NCBI GenBank assembly: GCA_010909165.1
Contig: MU008202.1
Coordinates: 372,001-436,000, forward strand
DNA length: 64,000 bases
Source: Anthoceros angustus
Lineage: Eukaryota > Plantae > Anthocerotophyta
Direction of reading: 5' to 3'
Part shown: piece after piece, positions 61,598 through 64,000 of the stretch
How the letters are laid out: the number at the start of each line of letters is the position of its first letter
Position numbering within the stretch: the stretch's first letter is position 1
Made by a program: the position numbers and the translations under genes
The notes under the pieces: generated by a model
Databases searched by the model: none
Seen by the model: the letters and a program-made list of their open reading frames with translations, nothing else
What the model was told of the DNA's origin: nothing

Positions 61598-62914
61598 AGA
61601 GGAGCTCAAGAATCATCGGGGCGTGCACACATGGATGTGGTCGGGTAGAGAGAAGGCGGAGTGCGAGCAGTGGACATTTGCCAATTCGGGCCCGTCAATC
61701 TGGCGAGGTGGCCGGCACTGGAGCGGGTACGTGATTGTAGCTGTATGTGCCCATCTCTCTTGTGCGCTGTGCTGTGCTCTGGTGGAAATCTTATCTGGAC
61801 CACCCTGCTTCCTCGGCCCTGCCTCCCCCTCTTGTGTGTGCCACAGCTGCATCTGCAACAGCAACAGCAACAGGAGCTTGCTGCGTCTGTGCTGCTTGCT
61901 GGGTGTTGCTGCTCCCTTGCTTGCCTTGCCTGGCGGTGTCCTCTTGGCCCTTGCCTTGCCCTCTCGGCCCTTGCCTTGCCGTGCCGTGCCGTGCCGTGCT
62001 GTGCCGTGCCTTCTTCTCCGGATCCGCCTTCCTTCCTTTCCCTGCCTTGGCCCCTCGGCGGGTGCAGGCTGGAGCGCCGCAGCCCCCGGCACGCTCGCAC
62101 GTAGACGGGACATTCCATCTCTCTCTATCACATACAACATCGCTGCTGCTCTCCTCTGTGCACTCCTTCCCCCAGCTCGCCTGCTGCCTGTCAGCTGGCT
62201 GCCTCCTCCTGCCTGGAGCTACTTGTCTGTGCTCGGCGGAGAGGCCTGCCAGAGCCAGAGCCAGTCCCAGTCCCAGTCTCAAGCCCGACCCTCATCCCGG
62301 ACCTCGCTCCTGCAGCTAGCTCCAAGGTAGCAGCAGTATTCCGGCCTTGCTTGCCTTGCCTTGCCTTGCCTTTTGTTGCTTGAAGCTTTGAAGCCAGCTG
62401 CCTCTCTTGGGCCTGGGAATGCCGGATCTGACAATCGTACGTGCTGTCCATGGTGTGATGCCCAGCGCGCGTGCGACGCAGGGAGGAGGCCTGGGCCTAG
62501 GCAGGAGCAGGTGATCCGATTCGGTCTTGCTTGGATTGGAGTATCGGAGTGCTGCGCTGTGCATGGGGCGGGGCGGGGCTAGTGTGGCAGGCTCGGGCTC
62601 GGGCTGCTGCTAGGCACACAAGGAAGCGGATGAGGCCGGCTATCGCTGCTGCAGCAACAATTAATCCCGCCGCCGGCTGGCACGCCGGAACGGAATGCAA
62701 AGCACTGGCCATGGGCCGCACCAGCTGCTGATTTGCAGATTGACGCCAGCGTCAGGATCGCCGGCCTTGTGTTGTTGCAACTGCTGCTCTGCTGCTTCTG
62801 CTGCTTCTGCTGCTAGAGCTCAGTCTTCTGCCGCCGCTCACGTCGCGCACCGCATTCGTGGTGGCCGTGGCAAAGGGGACTGCTTCCAGCCGGGACCGCA
62901 TCCGACTCCGGACT

Positions 62915-63359
62915 ATGGCACAGACGTCAGGATCGGGGGCAGGGGGAGGAGTGGGGAGCGGGGCCAACCAGTTTGGCGACACCACCTATACCAAGGTGTT
63001 TGTGGGCGGGCTGGCATGGGAGACGCAGCGGGACACCATGCGCCGCCACTTCGAGCAGTTCGGGGACATCCTCGAGGCTGTGGTCATCACTGACAAGAAC
63101 ACCGGCCGCTCCAAAGGATATGGCTTTGTGCGCGCCCCGCCCCCTTTCCTTCCTTCCAACCCACCTTCTGATCCAAGCGTGCTTTGCAACCGCCTTCCTC
63201 ACTCCTTGCTCTCCACCCCGCAGGTCACCTTCCGCGACGCCGATGCTGCCAGGAGAGCCTGCGCTGATGCCACGCCCATCATCGATGGTCGCAGGGCCAA
63301 TTGCAATCTCGCCTCGCTCGGCGCGCATCGCAATCGTCCCGCCCACGGAGGACCTCACG
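62915..63359 (+). CDS. single-RRM RNA-binding protein, RBM24/RBM38/ARP1-like; exons 1-2 only, gene runs past the window end
   Basis: [52 protein letters not shown] | [33 protein letters not shown]. Intron 63128-63223; next donor at 63360. Confidence 0.94.
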
Positions 63360-63504
63360 GTACGTTTTTGTCATCTCTCTGCTGTCACCGCAACATTTCA
63401 GTTGCCAGATCCTCTCAGCCTCTTCTCATCACCGCCGCTACTACTACTCTACATTACATGTGATCTGTGACACAACACATTGTCCCTCCCTGCACCCCTC
63501 CCCC

Positions 63505-63545
<41 letters not shown>

Positions 63546-64000
63546 AGATCGGTGTTGGATTTGTGTTCGCACTTGGTGTGGGCAGGCACATTTCACAAGC
63601 TTGCAGCGTTGGCTGGCCTGCTGTAACAGACGCAGGATATCCGCTCAGATCTGGTGTGCACTGGAATATCTGTTCCAGTCTCTCAGTGGTTACCGGATTT
63701 GTGGGGGGCAGGGCAGTGGCAGGGCAGGGCTGGGGCAGGCAGGCTGTAAGGCTGGCAGCCCTTTTTTCCTTTTTCTTTTTGCCTCTATCTCCTATGGAGG
63801 ATTCGACTATGCCGTTTCTTCCCTTTCCTTAGACAGACTGTGTTGTGAGCTCATTTTCGCTACTGCCTGGAAGTTAGAAGAACTCAGTATGGCATGTCTC
63901 CACAGAGGAGAGAGGACACACACACAAACACATCCTGGGCTTCGAGTGGCCAAGTATGGCGGTGGAATGACCTGCCAATGAACATCCTCACCCTCTGTGA

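Noticed and set aside
57361-62330. Many low-complexity ORFs (AKAKAK, GEGEGE, PVPVPV, QCSAV)
   Set aside because: Produced by microsatellites in all frames; no domain or splice evidence.

Overview
Eukaryotic land-plant nuclear DNA with compact genes and short introns. It is most likely a hornwort (Anthoceros-like), inferred from a GRP-ending DYW:KP PPR gene; a fern or lycophyte is not excluded. 1-17 kb is a nest of Ty1/copia LTR retrotransposons: one complete copy with 173-bp LTRs, a TSD and a nested solo-LTR-like insert, and one partial copy whose LTR is split by a TIR element. 18.5-33.5 kb holds genes for PTPA, a CAT amino-acid transporter, plastid RPL29, a PLS-PPR with a DYW:KP/GRP domain, and the mitochondrial carrier BAC2. 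33.7-49 kb holds a local duplication with a truncated germin-like gene, retroelement-like debris and a ~400-bp tandem array. 49.6-56 kb is a BIG-type ARF-GEF. 57-64 kb is microsatellite-rich and ends in the first two exons of an RBM38/ARP1-like RRM gene. The standout feature is the candidate U-to-C (reverse) RNA-editing PPR. It carries an N-terminal PDF motif otherwise known from OSB organellar ssDNA-binding proteins, and near-identical 306-nt PLS triplets that repeatedly vary at the RNA-recognition code positions. Many frameshifts in repeated DNA look like residual long-read indel errors. All calls are from manual reading; no database searches were run.
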